Shown here: positions 42,157 to 52,002 of the stretch, piece after piece
Position numbering within the stretch: position 1 is the stretch's first letter
Layout: every line of letters begins with the position of its first letter
Assembly (NCBI GenBank): GCA_036679645.1
Contig: JAZDCY010000012.1
Span: 97,206-161,205, forward strand
Length of the DNA: 64,000 bases
Source: Gemmatimonadota bacterium
Lineage (GTDB): Bacteria > Gemmatimonadota > Gemmatimonadetes > Gemmatimonadales > GWC2-71-9
Direction: 5' to 3'
Made by a program: the position numbers and the translations under genes
Notes under the pieces: generated by a model
Databases searched by the model: none
What the model was told of the DNA's origin: nothing
What the model saw: the letters and a program-made list of their open reading frames with translations, nothing else

Positions 42157-43362
42157 ATGAGTATTAGACCGAACAAACTGTACGGTAGCCCGAACACGCT
42201 CGCACCCCACTACTCCCGCTTCCGCGTGAGCGAGCGGCTTCTACTGACCGGTCACTCACATCAGGCGTGGCCCGACGCCGGCTTTGCCGGCCAGGTAGAG
42301 GCATGGGAGGACGCCGCGCACCTGGTGGACGACAAGTGGGAGCGCGCTTTCGCAAAAGCCGAGCGGGTCCGCACCGGTTGGAGACAGTTGCTCGGCGACG
42401 ACGACGGCGACATCACGCTCGGTACCAGCACGCACGAACTGGTCGCGCGTTTCCTCTCGGCGCTGCCGCTGCGCACGCGCCCGCGCATCGTGACGACGGA
42501 CGGTGAGTTCCACACCATTCGCCGTCTGGTAGACCGACTGGCGGAAGAGGGCATCGAGATCGTCAAGGTAGCCAGCGACTCGGCCGCACAGTTATCTGAA
42601 CGGCTCACCGCCGCCATCGATGATCGCACGGCGGTCGCAATCGTATCTGCCGTGTTGTTCCGCAATGCGCACATCGTGCCCGGCCTCGCGGCCGTTCAGC
42701 AAACGTGCACACGGCACGGCGTAGAGCTTCTCGTCGATGCGTACCATGCGCTCGACGCGATTCCCTTCGATCTGCACGACGAGCGGCTCACCGGGGCCTT
42801 TGTGGTCGGCGGGGGATACAAGTACTGCCAGTTGGGCGAGGGCAATTGCTTCCTGCGGGTTCCCGCCGCGTGCTCATTGCGCCCCGTCATCACCGGATGG
42901 TTCAGCGAGTTCAGCGCTCTCGATGAGGCAGAGGCCAATGGCCACGTGGCGTACGGTACCGGAGCAGACCGCTTCGCAGGCGCGACCTACGATCCCACGA
43001 GCCACTACCGCGCAGCAGCCGTCTTCGAGTTCTTCGCCACCCACGGTCTCAGCCCTGCGTTGCTACGGGAGGTGAGTCGGCATCAGATTGGTGTGTTGGC
43101 TGAAGCTTTCGACGCGTTGGACCTCCCACCGACGGTGATGTCCCGCGATTCCGAGACGCCGCTCGACCGGGTTGCCGGATTCATGGCGCTGCGCGGCGCG
43201 CAGGCCGGGGAGATCTCGCGCGCCCTGCGTGCCCGGGACGTGTACACCGACTCTCGTGGCGATGTCCTCCGCCTAGGGCCGGCCCCCTATCTGACCGATC
43301 GGCAACTCCGCGATGCCGTCGGCGCGCTGGGCGAGGTGGCTGCACCACCTCGCGTGCCTTGA
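42157..43362 (+). CDS. kynU: Kynureninase
   Basis: Class V PLP enzyme: HSHQAWPD, DAYH, GGYKY, GWF, LRLGPAPY; directly after kynA. Confidence 0.88.
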   Translation: MSIRPNKLYGSPNTLAPHYSRFRVSERLLLTGHSHQAWPDAGFAGQVEAWEDAAHLVDDKWERAFAKAERVRTGWRQLLGDDDGDITLGTSTHELVARFLSALPLRTRPRIVTTDGEFHTIRRLVDRLAEEGIEIVKVASDSAAQLSERLTAAIDDRTAVAIVSAVLFRNAHIVPGLAAVQQTCTRHGVELLVDAYHALDAIPFDLHDERLTGAFVVGGGYKYCQLGEGNCFLRVPAACSLRPVITGWFSEFSALDEAEANGHVAYGTGADRFAGATYDPTSHYRAAAVFEFFATHGLSPALLREVSRHQIGVLAEAFDALDLPPTVMSRDSETPLDRVAGFMALRGAQAGEISRALRARDVYTDSRGDVLRLGPAPYLTDRQLRDAVGALGEVAAPPRVP

Positions 43363-43453
43363 ACACCACACCCATTCCGCCGCTCGCCAGTTCGTGCTCC
43401 ACGACATATTCGCCGGCGAGCGCGTCACGAATCCGATCGATCAGGAAAGGCAC
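43345..43453 (-). pseudogene. N-terminal remnant of a Ser/Thr protein kinase
   Basis: MPFLIDRIRDALAGEYVVEHELASGGMGVVFKAREV is subdomain I only; frame then becomes antisense kynU. Confidence 0.75.
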
Positions 43454-43463
43454 GGCGGCTATC

Positions 43464-44282
43464 TCACCGGGATTCCAGGGACGCCCGTACGGTAACTTGC
43501 ATCGTCATTGGCCCGGGAAGCATGGCACCCACGGAGATCATCGACATGGCGAACTCGTTGCGAACCCAGCGACCCGCATCGAGATCGATATCCATCTCGC
43601 CCTGCACGGTCCCCGACGACTCCATCGCCACGCCGCCTACTTGCGTCGATCGCATCGTCTGTGAAACCGTGCCCGCCACCGAGATGATCGCGTGCCGCGC
43701 GCCATCTTGGATCTCCACGCGGACGAGGCCATAGCGGAGGTTCCGTACCATCTCCATCTCCATCGAGGCGCCCTCGAGGGACATGGTCACGGTGCTCGTG
43801 TCCACCCAGCTGGCGCCGGGCTCGACAGGATCTTCCGGTAGGTGCACCGCCGCCGGCATCGACTGTTCCATGCTACTCTTCATCTGCTCGAGCAACGGGT
43901 TGTCCCCCCCATCGGGGAAGGTCGTCTCGAGCACACGCCCGCGCGTGTCCATGCGCATCCGCGAGCGGAGGCCACGCAGCAGGTCGGCGGCCGCTCCCAT
44001 TGCCTGCGCTGCCGGTCCATCTCCATCGAGGCCGATCGAATCGACCACCACGTCCACGACGCGCGTATCGCCCTCGACTGACACCACCGTCTGCGACACC
44101 AGCATGAGCTGCACGCTCGAGAACTGGCCCGCCCCGGCCGCATCTACCGATGTCTCTGTTTCGATTCTGTAGTGCGAGACCTGGCCCGCCGGAGGCAGCA
44201 GCCGCAAGAGAATGATCTGCTCCTGCGCCACCGCGGACGAGCATACGAGCAACGTCAGGACTGTGACAAGACGACTTGGCAT
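43464..44282 (-). CDS. Hypothetical exported beta-rich protein
   Basis: Signal peptide; LP.DPV.PG.SW; 272 aa. Confidence 0.65.
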   Translation of the reverse strand: MPSRLVTVLTLLVCSSAVAQEQIILLRLLPPAGQVSHYRIETETSVDAAGAGQFSSVQLMLVSQTVVSVEGDTRVVDVVVDSIGLDGDGPAAQAMGAAADLLRGLRSRMRMDTRGRVLETTFPDGGDNPLLEQMKSSMEQSMPAAVHLPEDPVEPGASWVDTSTVTMSLEGASMEMEMVRNLRYGLVRVEIQDGARHAIISVAGTVSQTMRSTQVGGVAMESSGTVQGEMDIDLDAGRWVRNEFAMSMISVGAMLPGPMTMQVTVRASLESR

Positions 44283-44388
44283 TCACCCTCCGCGATCGGG
44301 CGATAGAATCTGCCCCATTTCAACCTCCGACGCCAACGCGCTAGCTTTCCCGGCTTCTGCCAGATCCACCTCGTCACGTGAGGACTCC

Positions 44389-45225
44389 ATGAGCGACTTC
44401 GACATTGCGAGATTGCTGCAGACCGTCACCGACCTGACAGCCGCCTGGGGCCTCAAGGCCCTCGGGGCGCTGGTCGTGCTGTTCGTCGGCCGCAGCGCCG
44501 CCCGTTGGGCACGCCGTATCACACGGACGGCGTTGCAGCGCGGGAACACCGACCCCACGCTCGTGCCGTTCATCTCATCGCTCGTGTACTACCTGCTACT
44601 GGTGTTCGTCGCCGTGGCCGTCCTCGGCATGGTGGGGATACAGACCGCGTCGATCATCGCCGTACTCGGGGCAGCCGGTCTCGCCGTCGGATTCGCTCTG
44701 CAGGGTACCCTCTCCAACCTCGCCGCCGGCGTCATGCTGCTCATCTTCCGGCCCTTCAAAAACGGTGACTTCATCAAGGCCGCGGGTACCTCCGGCACCG
44801 TCGAAGCCATCGGGATTTTCACGACCCTGCTCAAGACACCGGACAACGTCGCGATCATCGTGCCCAACGCGAACGTCTGGGGCGACACGATCAAGAACTA
44901 CGCTGTGAACGACACACGCCGCATCGACCTCGTCATGGGAATCGGCTACGGGGACGACATCCAACGCGCGATCAACACGATCCAGGGCGTCCTGAACGCG
45001 GACGACCGCGTGTTGCAGGATCCGGAAGCGGTCGTCGCCGTCAACGAGCTGGCCGATTCTTCGGTGAATTTGGTAGTGCGCCCGTGGTGCAGACGTGAGG
45101 ACTATGGAGCACTCCGCTGGGATCTCATCCGCGCGCTCAAAGAGCAGCTCGAGGCAGCCGGCTGCAATATCCCTTTCCCTCAGCGAGACGTGCACCTCCA
45201 TCAAGCCTCCACGTCGGCGGCCTAG
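44389..45225 (+). CDS. mscS: Small-conductance mechanosensitive channel
   Basis: GAAGLAVGFALQGTLSNLAAG, RPFK.GD, IPFPQRDVH. Confidence 0.93.
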   Translation: MSDFDIARLLQTVTDLTAAWGLKALGALVVLFVGRSAARWARRITRTALQRGNTDPTLVPFISSLVYYLLLVFVAVAVLGMVGIQTASIIAVLGAAGLAVGFALQGTLSNLAAGVMLLIFRPFKNGDFIKAAGTSGTVEAIGIFTTLLKTPDNVAIIVPNANVWGDTIKNYAVNDTRRIDLVMGIGYGDDIQRAINTIQGVLNADDRVLQDPEAVVAVNELADSSVNLVVRPWCRREDYGALRWDLIRALKEQLEAAGCNIPFPQRDVHLHQASTSAA

Positions 45226-45236
45226 GAGATTGTCAG

Positions 45237-45902
45237 ATGCGTATCACATTCTTCGGCCACGCCGCCTTTGCGCTCGACGATGGAACGCATACGCTCGTGA
45301 TCGACCCGTTTCTCTCCGGGAACCCGGTTGCGACCACCAAGCCGGGCGACGTGCGTTGTACCCACATAGCGCTCACGCATGGACACGAAGACCATATCGG
45401 AGATACCGTGACGATCGCCAAGGCCAACGATGCCACCGTCATCGCCGCCTTTGAGATCTGCAACTTCGTGAGTCAAGAGGGCGTTGCACACACGGAGCCC
45501 GGGAATCCTGGTGGGAAGATCGACACACCCTTCGGCTGGGTCGCCTTCACGCAGGCCTTTCACTCATCCTCGTATCAGGGCCGGTACATGGGCATGCCGT
45601 GCGGGTTGGTCGCCCGGATTGGTGGGAAGACCATCTACCACTGCGGAGATACCGCCCTCTTTGGTGACATGCGGCTGTTGGGCGAGATCTACCAACCGGA
45701 CGTCGCCTGCATTCCGATCGGTGATCGGTTCACGATGGGACCCGCTCTTGCGACGCGGGCAGCGGAGCTGATCGGCGCACCGGTGGCGATACCGATTCAC
45801 TACAACACGTGGCCCCCGATCGAGCAGGATCCCGCACAGTTCAGGCCCAAGGGTGTCGAGGTCAAGGTAATGGAGCCGGGAGACGTGTGGCAGTTGAACT
45901 AG
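45237..45902 (+). CDS. Metal-dependent hydrolase, MBL fold (UPF0173-like)
   Basis: IDPFL, THGHEDH, YHCGDT, PIGDRFTMG, PIHYNT. Confidence 0.9.
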   Translation: MRITFFGHAAFALDDGTHTLVIDPFLSGNPVATTKPGDVRCTHIALTHGHEDHIGDTVTIAKANDATVIAAFEICNFVSQEGVAHTEPGNPGGKIDTPFGWVAFTQAFHSSSYQGRYMGMPCGLVARIGGKTIYHCGDTALFGDMRLLGEIYQPDVACIPIGDRFTMGPALATRAAELIGAPVAIPIHYNTWPPIEQDPAQFRPKGVEVKVMEPGDVWQLN

Positions 45903-45933
45903 CGCACCGTACCGCACCACACATAGCGGTCGT

Positions 45934-46914
45934 GTGCGCTCGCTGACGGTCAGCGCCGAGTCGTGGCCGCTGCACTCGCCCTTCACCATCTCGCGCGGAT
46001 CCCGCACCGCGGCCGACGTGGTCACCGTCACCCTCGAAGAAGCCAACGACATCGGTCGAGGGGAGTGCGTTCCCTACCGCCGGTACGGTGAGACCATCGA
46101 GGGAGTCGTCACGTCGATCCAGCGACTCGAGGCGGAGGTAGCCGCCGGTCTCGACCATGAGGCGCTCGCAAACGTCCTACCTCCCGGCGCCGCGCGCAAC
46201 GCGCTCGACTGTGCCCTGTGGGATCTCGAGGCAAAGCGAACCGGCCGGCGCGTGTGGGACCTCGCCGGCCTCGAGACGCCGCGACACATCACGACGGCAT
46301 TCACGATCAGTCTCGAAACGCCAGATGCCATGGAGACCGCCGCGCGTGCCGAGGCCGCGCGTCCGCTCCTCAAGCTGAAGCTGGGTGGCACGGACGACGT
46401 CGAGCGCGTCCGGCATGTTCGGACCGCAGCACCGGGTGCCCGGCTCATCGTCGATGCGAACGAGGCGTGGCGGCCGGACGACGTGGCCGCACGGCTGCAG
46501 GCATTGGCAGGTCTGGGAGTGGAGTTGGTCGAGCAACCACTCCCCGCCAGCGAAGATGAAGTGCTCGACCGCGTTCCGCATGCCGTCCCGATCTGTGCGG
46601 ACGAGTCTTGCCACACGAGCGCAGACGTTGCGTCGCTCGCGGGCCGGTACGACTACGTGAACATCAAGCTCGACAAGACCGGCGGGTTGACCGAGGCGCT
46701 GCGCCTGGTCGGTGCCGCGCACACACACAACATGGGGATCATGGTTGGTTGCATGATGGGAACGTCACTGGGAATCGCACCCGCGCTACTCGTGGCCGCG
46801 GCCGCAGAATACGTCGACCTCGATGCACCATTGTGGCTTGCCGAGGACCGCACGCAATCACTCCAGTACGCGGGCAGCGTGGTCGCGCCGGCCGGTCCGG
46901 CAGTCTGGGGGTGA
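45934..46914 (+). CDS. L-Ala-D/L-Glu (dipeptide) epimerase, enolase superfamily
   Basis: FTISRG, KLKL, DANE, EQP, ADES, IKLDKTGG, DLD. Confidence 0.9.
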   Translation: MRSLTVSAESWPLHSPFTISRGSRTAADVVTVTLEEANDIGRGECVPYRRYGETIEGVVTSIQRLEAEVAAGLDHEALANVLPPGAARNALDCALWDLEAKRTGRRVWDLAGLETPRHITTAFTISLETPDAMETAARAEAARPLLKLKLGGTDDVERVRHVRTAAPGARLIVDANEAWRPDDVAARLQALAGLGVELVEQPLPASEDEVLDRVPHAVPICADESCHTSADVASLAGRYDYVNIKLDKTGGLTEALRLVGAAHTHNMGIMVGCMMGTSLGIAPALLVAAAAEYVDLDAPLWLAEDRTQSLQYAGSVVAPAGPAVWG

Positions 46915-47939
46915 GGGCGAGCTGAGAACCTTTCGCTCGAGCTCCAACAACAGCCGCTTGCGCCAGACACCACCGCCGTATCCCGCGAGCTGACCGTTGC
47001 TCCGCACGACACGGTGACACGGAATCACGATCGCAAGGCGATTATCGCCGTTCGCGCGGCCTACCGCGCGCATCGCTCCCGGGCGCCCAACCGCGGTGGC
47101 CTCGTCGGCGTAGCATCGCGTTTCTCCGTATGGCACGGTCCGCAAGTAATCCCAGCACTGCTCCTGGAACGGCGTCCCCGGTGCGACCATGGGAACCGTG
47201 AACTGCCTGCGCGCCCCGGTGAAGTACTCCGCCAGCTCGCGGTCGAGATGTGACAGGTGTTCGTGCTCGCCCGGGACCGGTGTGAGCGCAAACCGTCGGC
47301 GGATTTGGACGATCTGCCGTTCCAACATTCGCCGATCCGCAAACTCGAGGAGGCACACTCCATCATCCGTGGCGCCTGCGACCATGGGTCCCAGCGGTGT
47401 CAAGAAACGCGTTACCGCGATCGTCTCGGACCCGCGTGCCCGACCCGGCGTGTCGCCAAACAACTTGGCAAAGGCATCGCGAAACCCGCTCAGCGATTCA
47501 TACCCATGGTCGTACGCCGCGCGCGTAAGGTCGTCGCCGACGCGCAGGCGTCCCATCGCCTGCCCCAATCGCCGCGCTCGCAGGTACCCGTGGAAGGTCA
47601 TGCCGTGATGCCGTCGAAACCAGCGTCTGACACGTCCCGGATCGACACCGACCGCTCGCACGGACGCGTCGGTCCAGCGGCGCGCGGGCTCGTCATCCAC
47701 GGCACGCAGAAGATCGGTCAGCCATATCGGGGCCTGGCCTCCTGGATCTAGCGGCGCGCGCTAACGGTCGGGAAATACTCGACGTTCTCTTCACGCGGTT
47801 TCTTGGCCGGACAACCCGGCCGGCAGAATATCCCGGTGGTACGAATAGCAGCGACGAAGACACCTTCGTACGCCTCATCCCGTTCGACGAGCGCCCGGTA
47901 CATTTCAGTAGGGGCCGGTAGCAATTGGATCTGTTGCAT
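46858..47939 (-). pseudogene. ada: Bifunctional Ada regulator / O6-methylguanine methyltransferase, frameshifted
   Basis: Zn domain start (TTGIFCRPGC) stops at 47748; AraC HTH and PCHRV continue in another frame; the second Cys pair segment is missing. Confidence 0.85.
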
Positions 47940-48039
47940 CGGCCGGAATCTAGCCGCTCAGCCAGGCGGGCTCTACCGATTAATGGGCATCGAATTCGAG
48001 CTTCCTTGCCCCTCACCAATGGGACACGGATACTCCAGC

Positions 48040-48453
48040 ATGTCCGACCGATTGCCGCTGCTGCTCTACGACGGTACCTGCGGGTTCTGCAACGCCACGG
48101 TGCAGCTCATCCTGCGGTACGATCGAAAGGGAATCCTGCGGTTCGCTGCGCTGGAGAGCACGCGGGGTCGCGGTATTCTCGCCGAGCATCCGGAACTCGA
48201 AGGGGTCGATTCCGTCGTCTGGGTCGAGAAAGAAGGCGCCCGGACCGGTGTGGTCACTCGTTCCGCAGCGACACTACGGGTTGCCGCTTACCTCGGAGGG
48301 GTCTGGCGCCTGGCACTGGTCGGGGAGGTGATTCCCGCTCCCGTCCGCGATTGGCTATACGACCTCATCGCGCGACACAGGCATCGCTTGATCTCCGGCG
48401 CAGCTCGATGCGTCATCCCTCCTGCGGAGGCGCGCCATCGGTTTGAGGAGTAG
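48040..48453 (+). CDS. DCC1-like thiol-disulfide oxidoreductase
   Basis: YDGTCGFCN, FAAL, RD.LYD.IARHR. Confidence 0.88.
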   Translation: MSDRLPLLLYDGTCGFCNATVQLILRYDRKGILRFAALESTRGRGILAEHPELEGVDSVVWVEKEGARTGVVTRSAATLRVAAYLGGVWRLALVGEVIPAPVRDWLYDLIARHRHRLISGAARCVIPPAEARHRFEE

Positions 48454-48691
48454 GCGCGGGTTACTCGGGCGGATTCGGCGATCGTCGCTATCGCACAAGC
48501 TCTTGCAAATCAATGAATTACCGTGGGTCACAAGAGCCCGCGACTGCACGGAAGCGTCACCGCAGCAGCAAACGAATTGGAGATTCCGGATAACAGGTGG
48601 CAGGTTGGCGGTGTCGCCGAGGAGGTTATGACCGCTCCGACCGCCCACTTGGAGAGCCACCGCGTCGTGCGAGGCGGCATGTAGAAAGACG

Positions 48692-48949
48692 TCAGCGGTC
48701 GGAGATGTCCTTCGCGCGCGTCAGCAACCGTTCGGCAAAGTCGAGGCGTTCCTCGAGCATCTGATAATCGGCGTCGTGCTTGTTGGCGATCGTGTCGAGA
48801 TCCTCCTGCACGCGAGCGACGGCATCAGCCAAATCCTCGATTTGGCGCTCGAGACGCGGATCACGCCCGCGGCGCCGACTGCCCGTGAGCGCCTGCGTGA
48901 CCGAGACGACCGCCCAGCACATGAATGCAATGGCGAAGATGGACATCAT
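48692..48949 (-). CDS. Small membrane-anchored coiled-coil protein
   Basis: N-terminal TM; LEERLDFAERLL. Confidence 0.65.
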   Translation of the reverse strand: MMSIFAIAFMCWAVVSVTQALTGSRRRGRDPRLERQIEDLADAVARVQEDLDTIANKHDADYQMLEERLDFAERLLTRAKDISDR

Positions 48950-48995
48950 TCATGAACGATGAGCACCAGTCCGGGTTTCCGAAAGGCTGCCGGTA

Positions 48996-49637
48996 ATGTT
49001 GGACCACCTTGTCTACGCGGTGCCCAATCTCGAAGGCGGAGTGCGTGATATCGCCGAACGCCTGGGTGTGCAGCCCACGATGGGCGGCCGGCATCCGGAC
49101 TGGGGGACCGCCAACGCGCTCGTGGGACTCGGTGGTCAGCGCTACCTGGAGATCATCGGCCCGGATTCCAGGACGACGCATAGCGGGTCCCGCCCCCGCC
49201 CCCACCCCCGCCCCTTTGGCATTGACGATCTCGACGCAGCGCGACTCGTCACGTGGGCCGCGCACGTGACCGATCTGGACTCGTGCGTACAGACGGCACG
49301 CGTTGCCGGTTACAATCCCGGTGACATCGTGGAAATGAGCAGAACCCGCCCGACGGGCGAGCGCCTCGCGTGGCGACTGACCGTGAGCGCGTCCGACCCC
49401 GGGCTTCCCGGTGACGGCGTGATTCCGTTCCTGATCGAGTGGGGGATGTCTGCGCACCCGACCGAGTCACTCACCCCGGCGTGCACGCTCGTAAACCTTA
49501 GTGCGACACACCCTCATCCCCACCACGTGCGCGCCGCCCTGCAGGCGCTCGGCATCGCACTTGTCGTGGAAGAGGGCGCCACCCCAGGACTGCAAGCGGA
49601 GTTGGAAACGCCGGTCGGACGAGTCGTTCTGACGTGA
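48996..49637 (+). CDS. VOC/glyoxalase-like protein
   Basis: LDHLV, GGRHP.WGT.NAL, YLEII, PFLIEW. Confidence 0.88.
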   Translation: MLDHLVYAVPNLEGGVRDIAERLGVQPTMGGRHPDWGTANALVGLGGQRYLEIIGPDSRTTHSGSRPRPHPRPFGIDDLDAARLVTWAAHVTDLDSCVQTARVAGYNPGDIVEMSRTRPTGERLAWRLTVSASDPGLPGDGVIPFLIEWGMSAHPTESLTPACTLVNLSATHPHPHHVRAALQALGIALVVEEGATPGLQAELETPVGRVVLT

Positions 49638-49654
49638 TAGAGCGCCTACCCCTA

Positions 49655-50602
49655 CTACAGCGAATCGATGAACTCCTCCATGCGCCGACGCAAGCCTGCG
49701 TCGGGTAGGCGTCCCCTGATAGCACCGATGTTGTCCACCACGTGCCTCAGTTGCCGCGTGCCCGGAATGGGGCAGGTGACCGCCGGATGCGCAATCAGGT
49801 ACTTCAGGAAGAACTGACCCCAACTCGCGCAATCGAACTCGGCCGCCCACTCGGGCAGTGGCCGGTCTCCCACCGCTCGAAACAGCCGGCCGCGCCCGAA
49901 CGGCAGGTTGATGAGCACCGCCACGCCGCGGTCGCGTGCGGCAGGCAGGATACGCTCTGCGGCACCGCGGTTCAACAGTGAGTAATCCACCTGCACGAAG
50001 TCCATTTGCTCATTGGCGAGCGCGTTCTCCACCCGCTCGTACTGCCGGTCGCTCGAGGTCGTGACGCCGACATACCGAACGCGACCGGCCTGCTTCCATT
50101 CGCGTAACGTCGCAAGCTGTGTTGCGGTGTCGCGCATGTTGTGCACCTGCATGAGATCTACGGTATCGGTCTCGAGCGCCTCGTATGACGCCTCCATCCG
50201 CTCGATCCCGGCTTCACGCCCCTCGCGGTCCACCTTGCCGGCAAGAAAAATGTCGTTGCGCGCGCCGAGCGTGCTCATGATATCGCCCAGCACGTGCTCG
50301 GAATTCTGGAACGACCCGGTCTCGCGGTCGATCCTGTTCCCGTATGAAGGGGCCGTGTCGATCACCTTGCCGCCCAACTCGAGAAAACGCCGCACGGTCT
50401 CCTGCAATGGCGCCAGCGCCTCCGCGTTGGGAATCCCGTAGTTCCTCGTCCCTATCCCAACGGCCGGGATCATCTCTCCGGTCGAGGGAATCGGCCTCGT
50501 GATCAGATCGTCCTGCCGGCCGAGTGCCGGCCGCCATCCCGCGGCAAGCGCCGCACCGGCGCTCGCCCCGACTTTGAGGAGTTCTCGGCGCGTGAGGGTC
50601 AT
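49655..50602 (-). CDS. Aldo/keto reductase with Tat signal
   Basis: TRRELLK; IDTAPSYG, DLMQVH, G.VRYVGV, IPGT. Confidence 0.9.
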   Translation of the reverse strand: MTLTRRELLKVGASAGAALAAGWRPALGRQDDLITRPIPSTGEMIPAVGIGTRNYGIPNAEALAPLQETVRRFLELGGKVIDTAPSYGNRIDRETGSFQNSEHVLGDIMSTLGARNDIFLAGKVDREGREAGIERMEASYEALETDTVDLMQVHNMRDTATQLATLREWKQAGRVRYVGVTTSSDRQYERVENALANEQMDFVQVDYSLLNRGAAERILPAARDRGVAVLINLPFGRGRLFRAVGDRPLPEWAAEFDCASWGQFFLKYLIAHPAVTCPIPGTRQLRHVVDNIGAIRGRLPDAGLRRRMEEFIDSL

Positions 50603-50698
50603 TGCGATGTCCTCCGAGTTTTCTTGTCGTATGTGGGGTCTCGCCTACCGATCCATCGACCGCTTGCGGAGCGCCCGTCAGGGCTCTTCTTATACTAC

Positions 50699-51820
50699 AT
50701 GACTCCCATTCCTCTGCGGCTCCGGTCTCTGCGCCCTCTCGGGTTCGCCATCATGTTCGCCGCTGTCGATGCAACCTCCGGTTGCGATGCTCCCGACGAC
50801 GTTCTCTTCGTCCCCCCGGTGGTCGAGCCGCTCGAAATCCGACCGGGCGTATTTCGCATCACCTACAACCGGGACGTCGATGTCGTCCGTGGTTTCACGC
50901 CCGACGGGACGCGCATCGTCTACCGCAGCCGCGGGCTAGCGGGGTTCGGCGAGGGCTGGCGGATACTCAGCGTGCCCGTGGACGGCGGGCAGGTTCACGA
51001 GGAGGCCGCCATCTACCGACAGGCACTCAGGTCACCTGTGGGGCATCTTCTCATCCAGGGAGACCGCCGTGTGCTGGTGGTCTGGCGCCGGGAGGCCGCC
51101 GGCGCGGAGACCTGCAAAGGCTGCCCCGGCCTCCCGGTCATCGGGTTGTCGATACTGCGACTCAATGCGGCGGACGGCGCGCCGCTCTCCGCGTTTCCCA
51201 CGCGTTCTCTGTTCCTGCCCAATCACGCGAGCACGTCGCCCTGCGATCACCGCGTGCGACTGACCCCGACGGAGCGGGAGGTGGTGGACCGCGGAGTCGA
51301 TCCATACGGACCCGTAATCGCTCCGAACACCAGCGTCGGCGTGTACTCGGATGGCGATGTGTTGTGGCGCTTCGACCTCGACGACCCGACGGTGCCACGT
51401 GATTCCATTGGAACGGGCGCCTTTCCGGCGCTCTCGCCAGACGGCACGTTGCTCGCAGCCGCGATTCCTCTGGGTGCTGACAGCGTATCCGATTTCTGTT
51501 CGTTTGGTCTCTGTCCGTGCATACAGGAAACCGTCACCATCACGGCGTCCGCCTGGAGCGTTGTCGTTCACGATCTGACGGGCGGCACCGTAGATACCGT
51601 CGCGTCCGGTATGGAGCCGCAGTTCGCGCCGGATGGATCCCGCCTGCTCGTGCGCCGCATCGACGCGCTGTACTGGATTGACCTGTCCAGCGGTAGTGAG
51701 GAACTCATCGCCGGAACGTCGGGAGCGTACGCGCCGCGCATTGCACCCGACGGATCGGTGCTGGCTTTCTCGACAAGCCTCGACGGCAACCCCGACGTGT
51801 TTTTCGTGCGGGTGCAGTAG
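50699..51820 (+). CDS. TolB-like/PD40 beta-propeller exported protein
   Basis: Repeats FTPDG, LSPDG, FAPDG, IAPDG. Confidence 0.7.
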   Translation: MTPIPLRLRSLRPLGFAIMFAAVDATSGCDAPDDVLFVPPVVEPLEIRPGVFRITYNRDVDVVRGFTPDGTRIVYRSRGLAGFGEGWRILSVPVDGGQVHEEAAIYRQALRSPVGHLLIQGDRRVLVVWRREAAGAETCKGCPGLPVIGLSILRLNAADGAPLSAFPTRSLFLPNHASTSPCDHRVRLTPTEREVVDRGVDPYGPVIAPNTSVGVYSDGDVLWRFDLDDPTVPRDSIGTGAFPALSPDGTLLAAAIPLGADSVSDFCSFGLCPCIQETVTITASAWSVVVHDLTGGTVDTVASGMEPQFAPDGSRLLVRRIDALYWIDLSSGSEELIAGTSGAYAPRIAPDGSVLAFSTSLDGNPDVFFVRVQ

Positions 51821-52002
51821 TCAGGCGCTCAGGAGAAGGCATAGGATCATACCGAACCCAACGCACGTCCCGAGGCGTGTGTGCCGCGATCAGCGCGCCG
51901 AGCCGGGACTTCACCCAGGACACGAGAACGGGGGCGGGCAACCTTTGACACGATTTCACTTGGCACGCACATTATGCATAGAAGCTGGAGGGAGAATCCC
52001 CT

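Noticed and set aside
48628..48684. 18-aa ORF after GAGGAGGT
   Set aside because: SD too close to the ATG; no other support
51961..51977. Sigma54 promoter TGGCAC...TGC
   Set aside because: GG-to-GC spacing is 12 nt, not the required 10
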